Positions 39,778-50,611 of a stretch of DNA of 64,000 nt are shown piece by piece. The position numbers and the translations under genes were made by a program. The stretch spans positions 35,094,001 to 35,158,000 of the forward strand of contig OZ076409.1 in assembly GCA_964187785.1 (NCBI GenBank), in the 5' to 3' direction. The stretch comes from Amphiscolops sp. MND2022 (Eukaryota). Positions within the stretch are counted from its first letter, which is position 1. Each line of letters starts with the position of its first letter. The notes below the pieces were generated by a model. The model was not told the origin of the DNA. It worked only from the letters and a program-made list of their open reading frames with translations, and ran no database searches.

Positions 39778-42700
39778 ACACAAGACTAGTTTTTGTTGCC
39801 GTTCAAACTCAGAGTCTTGATTTTTTCTTCGAACAGAAAATCGAATTTTCATTCATTGAAACAGTATTGGACTGCTAAAAAAACAGCAACTTAACTTATA
39901 CCCCAAGCAAAATTGTTTTGAATTTATTGGTGCTTATTCATGTACTGGGACTCTTTACATTAGGTTCTGATAATAGTTTTTTGCTTCGCCCTTTTTCAAT
40001 ATGGGAACAAATCATCCTAGCTACAGTGTTCTCCCAGGTTGTCACGCCATAGCCCGCCACTCACAACGAGAACGTGTCATCCGAAGAATCCCAAAAAATA
40101 GGAAAATTAAAAAAAAACGAATCCTAGACTCTCAAACATGAATGAATGTCGAAGTACCGAAATGATGGACGAAAACAATTCAAGTGAGTGAGCTTAAATT
40201 TTTATCGAGGCATTGATCTAGATACAAACTAGAATAATTCTGCATTTCCTCTAAAATTGATCCTAAAAGAGACGTTTTGTAACAAGATTTCTCGAAAAAA
40301 ATCTCTCCAATAGTTTTGAAAAAATCAAAGATAAGACCCTTTGGACATTTTCTATATATTACTTCAAAGTTTGTGAAAATCCGTCAACACTGTTGAAAAA
40401 GCCTATTCTCATTGTGCCGATCAACTCGGAATTTCGTCTGCGCGGCATTGAACATTTCTCGTTTATTAAACGTGCATTGCAAGGAATTAATAGAAATATG
40501 ACGTTTTTGGATAGATTTAAGCTCATTTGAAAATTATGTTGATTAGCTTTGCTTGCAACTGATGAAAAGTGAATTGTTGATGAGCTCAGGGCCCGCGCAG
40601 AACCTGCAGTTTGCAACTATCAATTGTTTTAAGAATAATGAATTGCATAGAATGAAAAACTTTTGATGTCTTGAATTCGATTAATCCATATCTTTTCATG
40701 CTTTCTCAGTTGCCAAAAATTTGATTCGATTCTTTCGTTGAAATGCTAAATAAAAAAGAATAAAATAAAATTTTGCTAATTTTGCTCCTTTCAGTTTGAA
40801 GCTCCCAAAAAAGAAAATTAAATTCTCGACCCAGCAATCAACCCGAGTTGTCTCGTGTATATACTTGGAGAGGAGAATAAATTTAATGAGGTCATTGCTG
40901 GGAGGGAAGGGAGTTTTTTTACCTTTGGTAACCCGGCGAAGACGTGGTATTAGTTTTCCCGTTGCCTTCAGACGCAATTCCGTAACTCAATTGACATGTC
41001 ATTATTGTATTGCGTGCCAATTAGCGCAAGAGGCATTTGAAGATAGGCTGCTTGAACCAAGACTTCCTCTTAATAGCTTCGTCCTCACTGGATCAGAATT
41101 CACGTGTTAAATGGTTTCACAACCATTCGCCATTATTACCAACCCAAATCAGTGCATGTCCGAATCCTCGACCATCTTTTGCTTCAATACTTTAGATTAG
41201 CCTCCGGAATTATTCAGAACAAAGACGTTACATTGGGTGGGTTAAAATTACCATTTTGTAGCCGCAGGGCAAAAGTGAAGAAGTAAATTTAATAATGACT
41301 TTAATTCTGAATTCATTCACGGCGTCGAAATTCACCACCTTCGTTTGAAATTAATCCGAATTAAACATTTCGAACCACGCTTCATTGACTAATTAGTTGC
41401 GGTCGGATTATTCAAGCTCCGTCTGCTTTTAATTCAGTGATCAAGGTTTCAACTTTCCACAAATCTAGATTTGCTTCATTTTTCTCAAGTCTGCTTTTAC
41501 TTGTGATCCGGAGGTTATCTTATCGATTTGACACCTAAGCTTTGATAATTTTTGATCAAAATCAATTTTCCCGAGCCGTTCCCGGGTCTCCTCAAATCAA
41601 GACTTAGTCTTTGAAAGTGCTTCGGAACAAGATAAAAATTGATGTTTCGATTGTTCAGATGTACGTGGATTTTCATTAGTTGTTCGACTTGAACGCCCCT
41701 TAGTGGGATTTTTCGTGCCTCCAAATCAGTCTTTGCCAAAAACTGCCGCTGTGCAAGTAGGGACACTACGCTTTGTTTCGACCATTCATTCAAGTCCCAG
41801 TAATAAAATCCGCTATGCTAGTATCTCCCAAGATCTGTCTGGTTATTTTGGCTAAAAAAAACTGGCGAACAATCATGATTTTTCTCATTTTCAAGTAGAG
41901 TCTTGGTTGAACAAAAGCAGCTGACCTAAAATTGTTGCCTATACGTAATGTAATAATTGCGCAATTGCCGTCATCTACCATTTTCCTGGAATTCAATAGG
42001 AAACATATTTGAACCAAATTGTTCCCCTAGGCTATATTGAATGTCCACAAATTCTCGAGACAATGAAGCAATTCAAGCAAATTACGAGAAAACCGAACCT
42101 TTCAATAGAAAATTAGTTCATTGAGTTTTACCGAATTTTGAAAATAGAAACGGTTCTAGTATCTGATAAAATAATCCTCTTATGGGAAGCTAATTCAATT
42201 AAATTTTCCAGCTGGTAAAAGAATGAAATGTATATCATTGATATTTCCAGGACAACTTTTCAAGGTCTACTTCAGTAGAAAGAATTATCTGCAATTTCTG
42301 CAGATGCTGGCTCTGCTGAGTTGGACTTGACTCTAGTTTTAAGTTAACTAGTGTTACATTCTCTCATATGAAAAATTCCCGCTTTTTGGTCTAAATTTTC
42401 CTCGTATTTTGAGATTTTATCCGGTCTAACTTTACTATCATGCGATGATTCCCAAAAATGCATCGACATAATCTCAACTAAACACCGTATGACTTGTCAG
42501 CCTTCAAGTGTCGTTCAAAACTTTATAAAGTGTACAAATTTCTTCGAACAGCATATGAAATTTAAACAATTAGAATCAAAATCTGGAACATTTAGAAATG
42601 GGGATATAAATTTGACTCGATCAAATTAATTCTGGAAATTGCTATGAACCATTCAATGAACTTTCTTGACGGTTCAGGCCAGCATGAAAACAAATTTCAC

Positions 42701-43686
42701 GCATGGTTTTGATGAAAAGCTCTCTAGAGACTTCCGTGATTCAGACAAAGATGCATCGATTTCGGAGACTGCTCGGCTTAGCTGACACGTTCACAGCAAA
42801 ACGTCCCAGTAATTGAGGGAAAAACAAGATGAAGACACTATTTCCAGACATTTAAATTTTTGTTCAGTCGAAACAAGTAGAAAAATTAAAGTATTTTCAG
42901 AAGAGGTAACACGTAGTCTGACAGAAAAGCTTATCTTTTGGGAATGTTCTTTGAAATTCTCGCATAGTTACAATCGTAATTGACATAAGCTGTCCGCAAG
43001 GGCCCCAAATTTTGTTCTCCACTCAAAGGGAACAAAAATAATCCTAACTCCCAGCGGCTTTATATCTTATGCAGATGATATTGCAGAAAATTATTGATAT
43101 TTGTCTCTTCTCCCCATTGTCATTGCTCGCATTTCCATCTGTGGCACGTCAAAAATCTGAACGGCTCCTGTTACTTAATTCGGAATTACTGAAGAATCAT
43201 GAATTCATAAAACCAATTGGTTTTTCACGCTTCTGGTTTTATTCAGCCATAATATTACTTCCTCTCTATCATAAAAGTTGTTTTCTCCAGCTCAAAAAGT
43301 CATTTTTGTTACTGAATCTTTTGTGAGCTGGATTGAAGCACTTCAAAAATGCCGCCCGTCTGAATAACCAGTCAGCGGACACTGGCTATATCTGACTGGC
43401 TTTATTCGGCTATCAGATAAAGTCGATGTTATAACATAATGATATTGTAAAGAAGCCAGCACAAATCTATATCCAAATAATCTCAAATAGTCTTCAATAC
43501 TCCCTACTTTAAATTAATCAGTCTTTCACTCCCTGTCGAATTAGCGGGCTATACATTTGGAACCTATTAGTTATAAATTATATCATGAAACCTGCCTCAA
43601 TCTGAACTCTTGCAATTTTTGGTCAAGCCTTTTCTGTTATTCTACTAATACTAACTTGTTTTTATCATTGTTCTTTACTACACTCC

Positions 43687-43878
43687 TGAAGTAACTCGGT
43701 GAAACAGGAGGATAAATACAGTGTATTATAAGCAAGTACGTATCGATCAAAGCAAAACTAAAAAGTATCTATCATCTCAATTTCTATATATGCATCAGTG
43801 TTACATGACGTCATAAAAGTGGCAGGTAGTTCACTGTCCATTTCGGCAGTATGGTTTGTTTAGCCATTTCATGCCACA
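43687..43878 (-). repeat. 3' LTR
   Basis: Identical by eye to 49406-49597. Contains TGACGTCA and a TATATA box. Confidence 0.97.
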
Positions 43879-43891
43879 TTCCCCTTCTTCC
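43879..43891 (-). promoter_or_regulatory. Polypurine tract
   Basis: GGAAGAAGGGGAA on the minus strand, immediately before the 3' LTR. Confidence 0.9.
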
Positions 43892-44009
43892 GGGACCTTC
43901 TAAGGGAACCACTGTTGTCGTGCAGTGTCTTTCTTGATTCGTGGAAAGGGGGTGAACGGGAATCGAGCTGGAGTGGTGAAAGTGTAGGTGTCTCCTAAAC
44001 GTAAAGGTT

Positions 44010-47000
44010 TTAAAAATATTCTACCCCACCTAGTTTCACTACTCTTCGTGCTGATTTTATCCTTTCGGATCTACGCGGTTCAGGTTCTGATTTTATTTGA
44101 TTTTTTTCAAAGTAAGAGTTTTGATCCGCCCTAATTTTACCTGTTATCCCGTCTCCTGGTTCGGCGATTTCGATTCCAGTGTCGAGCGTTGTTTGGCGGT
44201 GTATCGGTGTGCCCTGAATATCCGGCTGTGGTGGAGTATTGGCCCGTCCGGTGCTACATCCGACTTGTGTTTTGGGTGCCGGTGTCTGTTCCCGCAATCT
44301 TTCGATTTCACGTCCGATCTCGGCTCTGAGGTCTGCCTCTTCCGGATCCTCTTCTTCTCTATCGGAGTTTGGGGTGTCTTCTCCTGAGCTATGGTCGGTT
44401 GTGTTGGACGAATCGTAAACGGTTACCCGTTTGTATTTTTTCTTTGCGGGCATTGTCGGGAAGTTGCGGCTGGTGCTCGGTCCTTCCTCGGCATCGTTGT
44501 TATTGTTATCTAGTTGTCGGTGTGTTTCGCAGTATCTGTCGCTGCTGAATTTACCACATCTTTTGCATCGGGTGATGGCCTTCTTCGGTTCGTCTGGTTT
44601 CCTTTGGGTCTGAAATTTTAAAGGTTTAGAGGCAAGTTTTTTGTGTATTATTCTGCCGTCAGAGGTAGTGACCGTATGGTCGGTTTCTTTTGTTGCCGTT
44701 AAAATTTTATCCGTTTTGAAACCACATTTCATTGAATTGGGTCTGCTTTCTTTTTCTAAAAATTGATAGTTTTTGAATTTCCGGCTTACCGTACGACTTC
44801 TTTTTCGAGTATCGTTGAGCACCAGGTAGTCAGCCATTTCCCCTTCAGCATCGTTGATGGTGACTACTTGTAACTCTGTTGGTTGTGCTGAAATGTAATT
44901 AGTTAGTGTATTCTTCCAATTGGATAACAGACATTCAGGTTTACCGATTATGTTGATAAGTGCAGTTCTTGGCTTTCTGCCTAAGTGCATTTGAAATGGC
45001 GTCATATTTAATCTACTGTGTGGAGTTTGTCTGATTGTTTTGATTGCTAATTGGATGCTGTCTTCAAATTTTAATCCATCGGCCATATTCGCTCTAGTTA
45101 ATGACTTAATTGTCCGTATCGTACGCTCGACTAGACCAGTGCCGGTATGTAAGTTCGGAGTGCATCGTATTCGTTTTATGTTTTCATCCGCGCAAAATTT
45201 TTTAAATTCGCTGCTTTTGAAGCAGCTGCCGTTATCGGTTCTAATGCACTGTGGTGTCCCGTTGTTCGTGAAATATTCGGTTAAAAATTTCAAAACGGTC
45301 CGAGTATCCGCACTTTTGCATACTTGTGCGGTGGGCCACTTACTAAAACGGTCTACTGCTACTAAAATGTAAACGTCACCGCGTGATTTTGATTTGATTG
45401 GACCGGCGAAATCCAATTGAATCTCTTGATTCGGCTCGGTTAGAATTTCTAAATTATTTTTCTCCGTTGACGGAATTTGTGTAATGATGTTCTTACCTGC
45501 GGCTCTACAACTCGGGCATGTTTCCGCTTTTTCATGCACGTCTCGGTTCAGGCCGGGCCACCAGAAGGCTTCTGCAAGTTGTTCCATTTTGTTTTTGGAG
45601 ACATGGCCGTGATGCAGCATAGCAATGATTGTCGACCGCATGTTTTCCGGTATGACTATTCTGTCGTTATAGAATAGCAGTCCGAATCTGGTTGATAGAT
45701 GTAGGCGGTGGGGGCGGTAGGGGTAAAATATACTCTCCAATTGTTGCTGTTCGATTGCGGCAATTGTGTTTAGAATTTTGATATCGCGTGCTGTCTCCTC
45801 CACTAATAGGGGCAAGTCCAGTGCGAAATCCTTCTCAGCTTTCTTCAGTACGTTAGCGGTATTTTCGTTTTGCTCTGGATCTAGCGTGTTCAGTTTGGCC
45901 GTCTGTTTTAGTCTAATGAGATTAACCGTTTCGTGCTTCTTGAACCGTCTCAATGCGTTGGTGGGGCATTTGTCTTGCTTTATTTGGCTCGTCTGGCTTT
46001 CTCCATCGGACTGATTGCTGTTGATCCAGGATTCATTATTGTTCTGTTGGAATTCTTGTAGAGGGGTCGTGTTTAATGTTTCGCAATAGTGGAAGAAACG
46101 GTTATAAATTTCAATGTTTAATTCCGCAATTCGTTTTCGCCCCGCTTGATTTGGCCTGTATTCTTGAATTCTCTCGCTTTCTTTGCCCTTGCCCACTATT
46201 CGTGTTTTGTCCGGTTTTAGGATATGGTTTCTTTCAATCCATAGACGTTTCGTTTCTGGTGAGTGGCCCCTTTTTTTAAATATAAAATCCATATCGATTC
46301 CGTTGACTTTGTCCATTTTATTGCTTGGCGGTGGTAAAGTTTTGAATGAGTTTAGAATGCTGCTGTTTGGTAACGGTGAGGCTTTAAGCAAATGAGTATT
46401 TTGGTTCCGTTCGCGTGTGTTAAAGCCGCGTTGTGATTGGTTGAATTTTTCTGTCGTGTCGTTTTGTTCAGTGAATCGTTTTATGCTGCCGCATTTTTGG
46501 TTGAATTCTAATAAGCCGTATATTTGATTAATGACGAACTCTTCTTCGGCTTCCGCTTCAATTAATCCGTCCGCTTTGTTTTCTAGTTCGGTGATCTCGG
46601 ATGGTATAATCGGATGACGGCTCAAATAGTCCGTCAGCGGAATGTTTTTACCGGCCGTGTATTGGACATTAACGTCGAAATGGCTCAACCTATCCAGCCA
46701 GCGTGTTAACCGTGCGCTGTATTGTTTATGAGCTCGGTTCTTTTTTAACAACGGTTGTAACGCCTGGTGATCTGTTAACAAATTTACTCTTTTTCCGTAC
46801 ACAAAATACCTGAAGTATTCTAAACCCCACAGAGCCCCTAATAATTCTAGTTCATTGATTGCGTATTTCTTTTCACAATCAGTTAAAAATCTACTTGCGA
46901 ATGCTACGGGTCTAAAAATTTCACCTTCTTTCTGCCATAGTGTTGCGCCCAGTCCGGTATTGCATGCGTCTGTGGTGATATAGTTTTCCTTCTGTGGATC

Positions 47001-49370
47001 GAAATGTGCTAGGCATGGAGCCTCTGTAATCTCTTTCTTCAGCTTTTCGAAGTCTTCATCTATCTCGGGTGTCCACTCCCATTTGGTATCCTTTCTCAAG
47101 AGTTTCCTCATTTCATCGGTTTTCTTCGATAGATTGTTGATAAACTTTGATAAATGCTGTATTGATCCCAGGAATGATTTCAATTCTTTCACGTTCTTCG
47201 GGGCTTCTAATTTGGTTATTGCTTCCGTTTTGTCCTTGATTGGTTTGACACCGTTTTGGTTGATATAGTAGCCAAGCCAGGTTAATTCTCTTTTGAATAA
47301 TTCTGTTTTCTTTTCACTTGCCCGGTAGCCGGCGTCTTGCAGTTTTGACAAAACTTCTCGCAGTTCTTTTTCATGATCTTCGATGTCACCATTAGTCACG
47401 CATATGATATCGTCTAGCCAGACCGGTGTTTTGAATTCCAACACGGAGTCGATGTGTTCTTGGAATACCGTAGGAATGTCGGATAGGCCGTAGAAACCTT
47501 TCTTGAACCGGTAGTGTCCGGTGAATTCTCCCCCAATGATGGAAAATACGCAATGTCTTGCGGCTTCTTTCGACAATTTCGCTTGTCCGTATGCATAATC
47601 TAGATCAATTTTGGACATCCAAATATCCCCATTTCCTTTGGTAATTTTTGCGGAAATTTTGCTGATCAATTCTTCCATATTTGGCATTGCGGCTTTTCTT
47701 TTTATGCATGCGTCGTTCAGTTTTCGTGAATCCAAAGCTATTTTGACAGATTTGTCCTTTTTGATGGTGATGACTGCGGGTGATACAAAGCAATTTTCAG
47801 TTGTTCTGTCGGCCTTTTCCAGGTGTCCTTTGTCTATTAGTTTTTCTAACTCTTCACGGACAATTTTCTGGAAATGTATCGGGACTGGCCGTCCCTTTTG
47901 CTGGATTGGCTTGGCGTCTTTCTTCAACTGAATGTCGATAGTAAGGTCTTTGATAGTGTGGTTGTTTTTGAATAGGTCTTCGTATTCGTTGAGGATTCTT
48001 TTTCTTCTTTCGTCTTCTGTCACATGACGAATAACATTTGTTTTCTTGCTGCCTTGTAATCCAATTTCCAATTTATCAAGCCAGTCCAAGCCCAATAATG
48101 GTTGAGTATTTTTATTTTCTGTTATTAAGATAGGTAATATCTCTCTGCTTTTTTCTGTTTTCACTTCAACCATGGCTTCCCCCTTGAATTTTATTGGGTT
48201 CTTGTTTACATCCACAAATGTTTTTGTCGTTTTCTTCACTTCGGTCAAATCAATAATTGGCGGAATAATTGTGACCGGAGAGCCGGTATCGATAATGAAT
48301 TCTATTGGCTGGCCGTGGACCAATAGGACGGTTTTGTAGAAATCAACTCGGTTGATACCGTTCACGGATTGAATGTGGTCCACTTCCGGCCATGATTCGG
48401 TGTTACTGTCCGATGAAACCGTTTCGGCTATCCGGCTTACGGTCTTGGATTTGCATACCTTGGCAAAGTGTCCCATCTTTTTACAAATATTGCATTGTGC
48501 TCTCCGTGCCGGACAAATATGTTCCATGGACCAGTTTGGTTTTCCGCAAAAGCGACAGTTTTTGTTCGTTGATTTCTTTTTTTCGTTGTTTTGTGTCCTC
48601 CGCTTCCGTGATTGGTTCGTATGTCCGATTAGTTCGGTGCTTGTTGAGCTACTTGTGGAATCTCTCTTGGCTTTTTTGGTTTTGGATTTTTTATCACCGT
48701 ACTTTCTGTTGTAATTGTCGAGCTCTATGGTCTCCAATACCAGTTGTATTTTCAGAGGGCCCTTTATAAATTTGTCCCGGGCTCGTTTGTCTTTAATTGT
48801 GGCTGCAAATTTGTACGTGATGATTTCTTCTGCCGTTATGTTCCCAAATTCACACTTTCTTTCGATGTCCACTAGCCTCTTCCAATATTCATCTAGAGTT
48901 TCGTTATCGTCTTGCTTCATGTTGAAAAATTGGGCCCTGCTGTGGAAGACGTTTCTTGCCGGGAGAAATGTTTTTTTGAATAGTGTCAATAGTTCGGGCA
49001 ATTTGACATCTTTTATTTCTCGGCCCCATTGTCCTCTCATGATCTCATGTTTGGCTTTTGGGCCTAAAGCCCATATAACGTCACCTTTTATATGGTATAC
49101 CGTGTGGGGGTCCATGTATTCTACTCCTTCATCGGTAATTTCGTCCAAGTTTCGGTTGTAGGTCAGAAGAATGTATTCTGAAATTTGTTCCCACCACATC
49201 TTTGGGTTGGCTTTGGTAAGATCGGTTTCTCTATCAGACAAAATGGGAATCTTGTATTTACTTTTTTCCGCTCTTTCTGATATCGTTTGATTGTTGGTTG
49301 TCCGTGTTGTCTGTTCCGAAGACATCGGTCTGTCCTCCGTGGAGTTGAGGTCAGTGTTGTTATTATCCAT
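44010..49370 (-). CDS. Gag-Pol polyprotein (Gag with 2 Zn knuckles, aspartic protease, RT, RNase H, integrase), 1786 aa
   Basis: Knuckles CRFCGKPNWSMEHIC and CNICKKMGHFAKVC; protease IDTGS; RT KIDLDYAYGQ and WLDD; RNase H TTDACNTGLGA, ELELLG, TDHQAL; integrase HHGH...CPSC, LDFAGP, TDNGSCF, LVERTIRT. Domain order PR-RT-RH-IN is Ty3/Gypsy. Confidence 0.97.
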   Translation of the reverse strand: MDNNNTDLNSTEDRPMSSEQTTRTTNNQTISERAEKSKYKIPILSDRETDLTKANPKMWWEQISEYILLTYNRNLDEITDEGVEYMDPHTVYHIKGDVIWALGPKAKHEIMRGQWGREIKDVKLPELLTLFKKTFLPARNVFHSRAQFFNMKQDDNETLDEYWKRLVDIERKCEFGNITAEEIITYKFAATIKDKRARDKFIKGPLKIQLVLETIELDNYNRKYGDKKSKTKKAKRDSTSSSTSTELIGHTNQSRKRRTQNNEKKKSTNKNCRFCGKPNWSMEHICPARRAQCNICKKMGHFAKVCKSKTVSRIAETVSSDSNTESWPEVDHIQSVNGINRVDFYKTVLLVHGQPIEFIIDTGSPVTIIPPIIDLTEVKKTTKTFVDVNKNPIKFKGEAMVEVKTEKSREILPILITENKNTQPLLGLDWLDKLEIGLQGSKKTNVIRHVTEDERRKRILNEYEDLFKNNHTIKDLTIDIQLKKDAKPIQQKGRPVPIHFQKIVREELEKLIDKGHLEKADRTTENCFVSPAVITIKKDKSVKIALDSRKLNDACIKRKAAMPNMEELISKISAKITKGNGDIWMSKIDLDYAYGQAKLSKEAARHCVFSIIGGEFTGHYRFKKGFYGLSDIPTVFQEHIDSVLEFKTPVWLDDIICVTNGDIEDHEKELREVLSKLQDAGYRASEKKTELFKRELTWLGYYINQNGVKPIKDKTEAITKLEAPKNVKELKSFLGSIQHLSKFINNLSKKTDEMRKLLRKDTKWEWTPEIDEDFEKLKKEITEAPCLAHFDPQKENYITTDACNTGLGATLWQKEGEIFRPVAFASRFLTDCEKKYAINELELLGALWGLEYFRYFVYGKRVNLLTDHQALQPLLKKNRAHKQYSARLTRWLDRLSHFDVNVQYTAGKNIPLTDYLSRHPIIPSEITELENKADGLIEAEAEEEFVINQIYGLLEFNQKCGSIKRFTEQNDTTEKFNQSQRGFNTRERNQNTHLLKASPLPNSSILNSFKTLPPPSNKMDKVNGIDMDFIFKKRGHSPETKRLWIERNHILKPDKTRIVGKGKESERIQEYRPNQAGRKRIAELNIEIYNRFFHYCETLNTTPLQEFQQNNNESWINSNQSDGESQTSQIKQDKCPTNALRRFKKHETVNLIRLKQTAKLNTLDPEQNENTANVLKKAEKDFALDLPLLVEETARDIKILNTIAAIEQQQLESIFYPYRPHRLHLSTRFGLLFYNDRIVIPENMRSTIIAMLHHGHVSKNKMEQLAEAFWWPGLNRDVHEKAETCPSCRAAGKNIITQIPSTEKNNLEILTEPNQEIQLDFAGPIKSKSRGDVYILVAVDRFSKWPTAQVCKSADTRTVLKFLTEYFTNNGTPQCIRTDNGSCFKSSEFKKFCADENIKRIRCTPNLHTGTGLVERTIRTIKSLTRANMADGLKFEDSIQLAIKTIRQTPHSRLNMTPFQMHLGRKPRTALINIIGKPECLLSNWKNTLTNYISAQPTELQVVTINDAEGEMADYLVLNDTRKRSRTVSRKFKNYQFLEKESRPNSMKCGFKTDKILTATKETDHTVTTSDGRIIHKKLASKPLKFQTQRKPDEPKKAITRCKRCGKFSSDRYCETHRQLDNNNNDAEEGPSTSRNFPTMPAKKKYKRVTVYDSSNTTDHSSGEDTPNSDREEEDPEEADLRAEIGREIERLREQTPAPKTQVGCSTGRANTPPQPDIQGTPIHRQTTLDTGIEIAEPGDGITGKIRADQNSYFEKNQIKSEPEPRRSERIKSARRVVKLGGVEYF

Positions 49371-49391
49371 TGTTTTTCTTTTTGTTCAAGA

Positions 49392-49405
49392 TGCTGACTG
49401 CGCCA
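49392..49405 (-). promoter_or_regulatory. Primer-binding site, tRNA-Ser-like
   Basis: TGGCGCAGTCAGCA directly after the 5' LTR. The complement TGCTGACTGCG-CCA resembles the 3' end of invertebrate tRNA-Ser (from memory, not searched). Confidence 0.8.
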
Positions 49406-49597
49406 TGAAGTAACTCGGTGAAACAGGAGGATAAATACAGTGTATTATAAGCAAGTACGTATCGATCAAAGCAAAACTAAAAAGTATCTATCATCTCAAT
49501 TTCTATATATGCATCAGTGTTACATGACGTCATAAAAGTGGCAGGTAGTTCACTGTCCATTTCGGCAGTATGGTTTGTTTAGCCATTTCATGCCACA
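49406..49597 (-). repeat. 5' LTR
   Basis: Identical by eye to 43687-43878. Confidence 0.97.
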
Positions 49598-50611
49598 ACT
49601 CCGCAATTGCCATATACTTTACCCGTCACAAAATGGATTTGGGAGCCCGTATGGATTTCGACAGGAGACGCAAGTCTTGTTCTTGTTTTCACACCAGCAA
49701 TGACGTCACTGGCATGGCGTCTCTTCAAGTGGGGCCCCGTAGAGGCAGCTGTGCCTTCCCCAGATCAGGCTCTTTCATGATGCAGCCCATCTTTTTAAAC
49801 TTAAACACTACTGCCCAGAGAAGTCATTCCATTGTCTCTCAAGTTAAGGTGAGTGACCTCTACTGGCAAAAATCTGACCTCAGCGTCTGCCAAAAGGGTC
49901 TGAATTGAATTAGTCAAGTTCTGGACATTTGAAATACGTAGGATCGAAAAATGTGCAAAATTATCTAAGATCGAAAGAGGTGAAAGTTTCATTAATATCC
50001 CACCATACCTATAGTGCGTTACATGCAGGAGTGAAACGGAGTGGCGTGCTACTACTTGACGGCAGGTTTTAACGAAGGCCGACCTGGAGGGACGCATAGT
50101 GCCCCGGACAGACGAATGCTGGGTCAAACAATCGATTTTGATTTTTAAAATTATCTTGAAGTTATCATTTTCGAGCCTGTATATTCGGATTCTGAATAAT
50201 TCGACTCTGAAGAAGCAACTCCTCCCGACTAGTTTGGGGAATCCTGGAGTAGTCCTTGCTAGTTCAGGGAACCCTGAGGATGTGCTGCCAAGTTCTAGGG
50301 CAAAACTCAACCAAAAAACTGTCCAAGCCTGGTTTGGAGCTTCATTTAGGAATTCATGATGAGAAGGTTCGAAAGACACAAAAACAAAAAATCACTCCCT
50401 TGGGAGTAAGTCTTGGGTGCTTCTAGACGACATTTAAGGTATCATTTCTGAGAAGTAATATCTCTTGGGTACTTCAAAAAATTAAAGCTGCTAGAGCTGT
50501 TTGCAGATCTTCGATTTGATGAACTGACCTTTGTACGCTTAAAATCAAACTTGAGAATAAAAATTTAACACCGATATAGGACTCTATAACCTTTTCTATA
50601 GCTTGTATTTT

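Larger units (their letters stand above)
43687..49597 (-). mobile_element. Intact full-length Ty3/Gypsy LTR retrotransposon (Mag-like), 5911 bp
   Basis: Identical 192-bp TG...CA LTRs (43687-43878, 49406-49597). TSD ACTCC (43682-43686, 49598-49602). PBS, PPT and a single uninterrupted ORF. Confidence 0.98.
37100..50450 (-). pseudogene. Toll-like receptor-type pseudogene, copy D (interrupted by solo LTR 3 and the intact Gypsy)
   Basis: LRRs: LPVEVTHLNLRDNGMTSLGSSV (49804-49869), EIADNSFY, FYQLENLIEL, FQNSVKLNELIF, LENLWTFNIA*GNNL, FAGLPKVKKL, MSLNLSKNVIFLL. Cys-cluster candidates at ~42980, ~41235 and ~40065. TM-like stretch ~39860-39915. TIR KFDEF*Y (~38196-38216), RD-x-IPGKPVLKN (~38050-38085), QF*(TGG>TGA) (37828-37836). 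Second TIR LPHRDL (37544-37561) and EKNSKQYTFCL. Confidence 0.7.

Noticed and set aside
44097..49161. Multiple plus-strand ORFs opposite the gag-pol gene
   Set aside because: Short antisense shadows of a long coding frame with no recognisable motifs.
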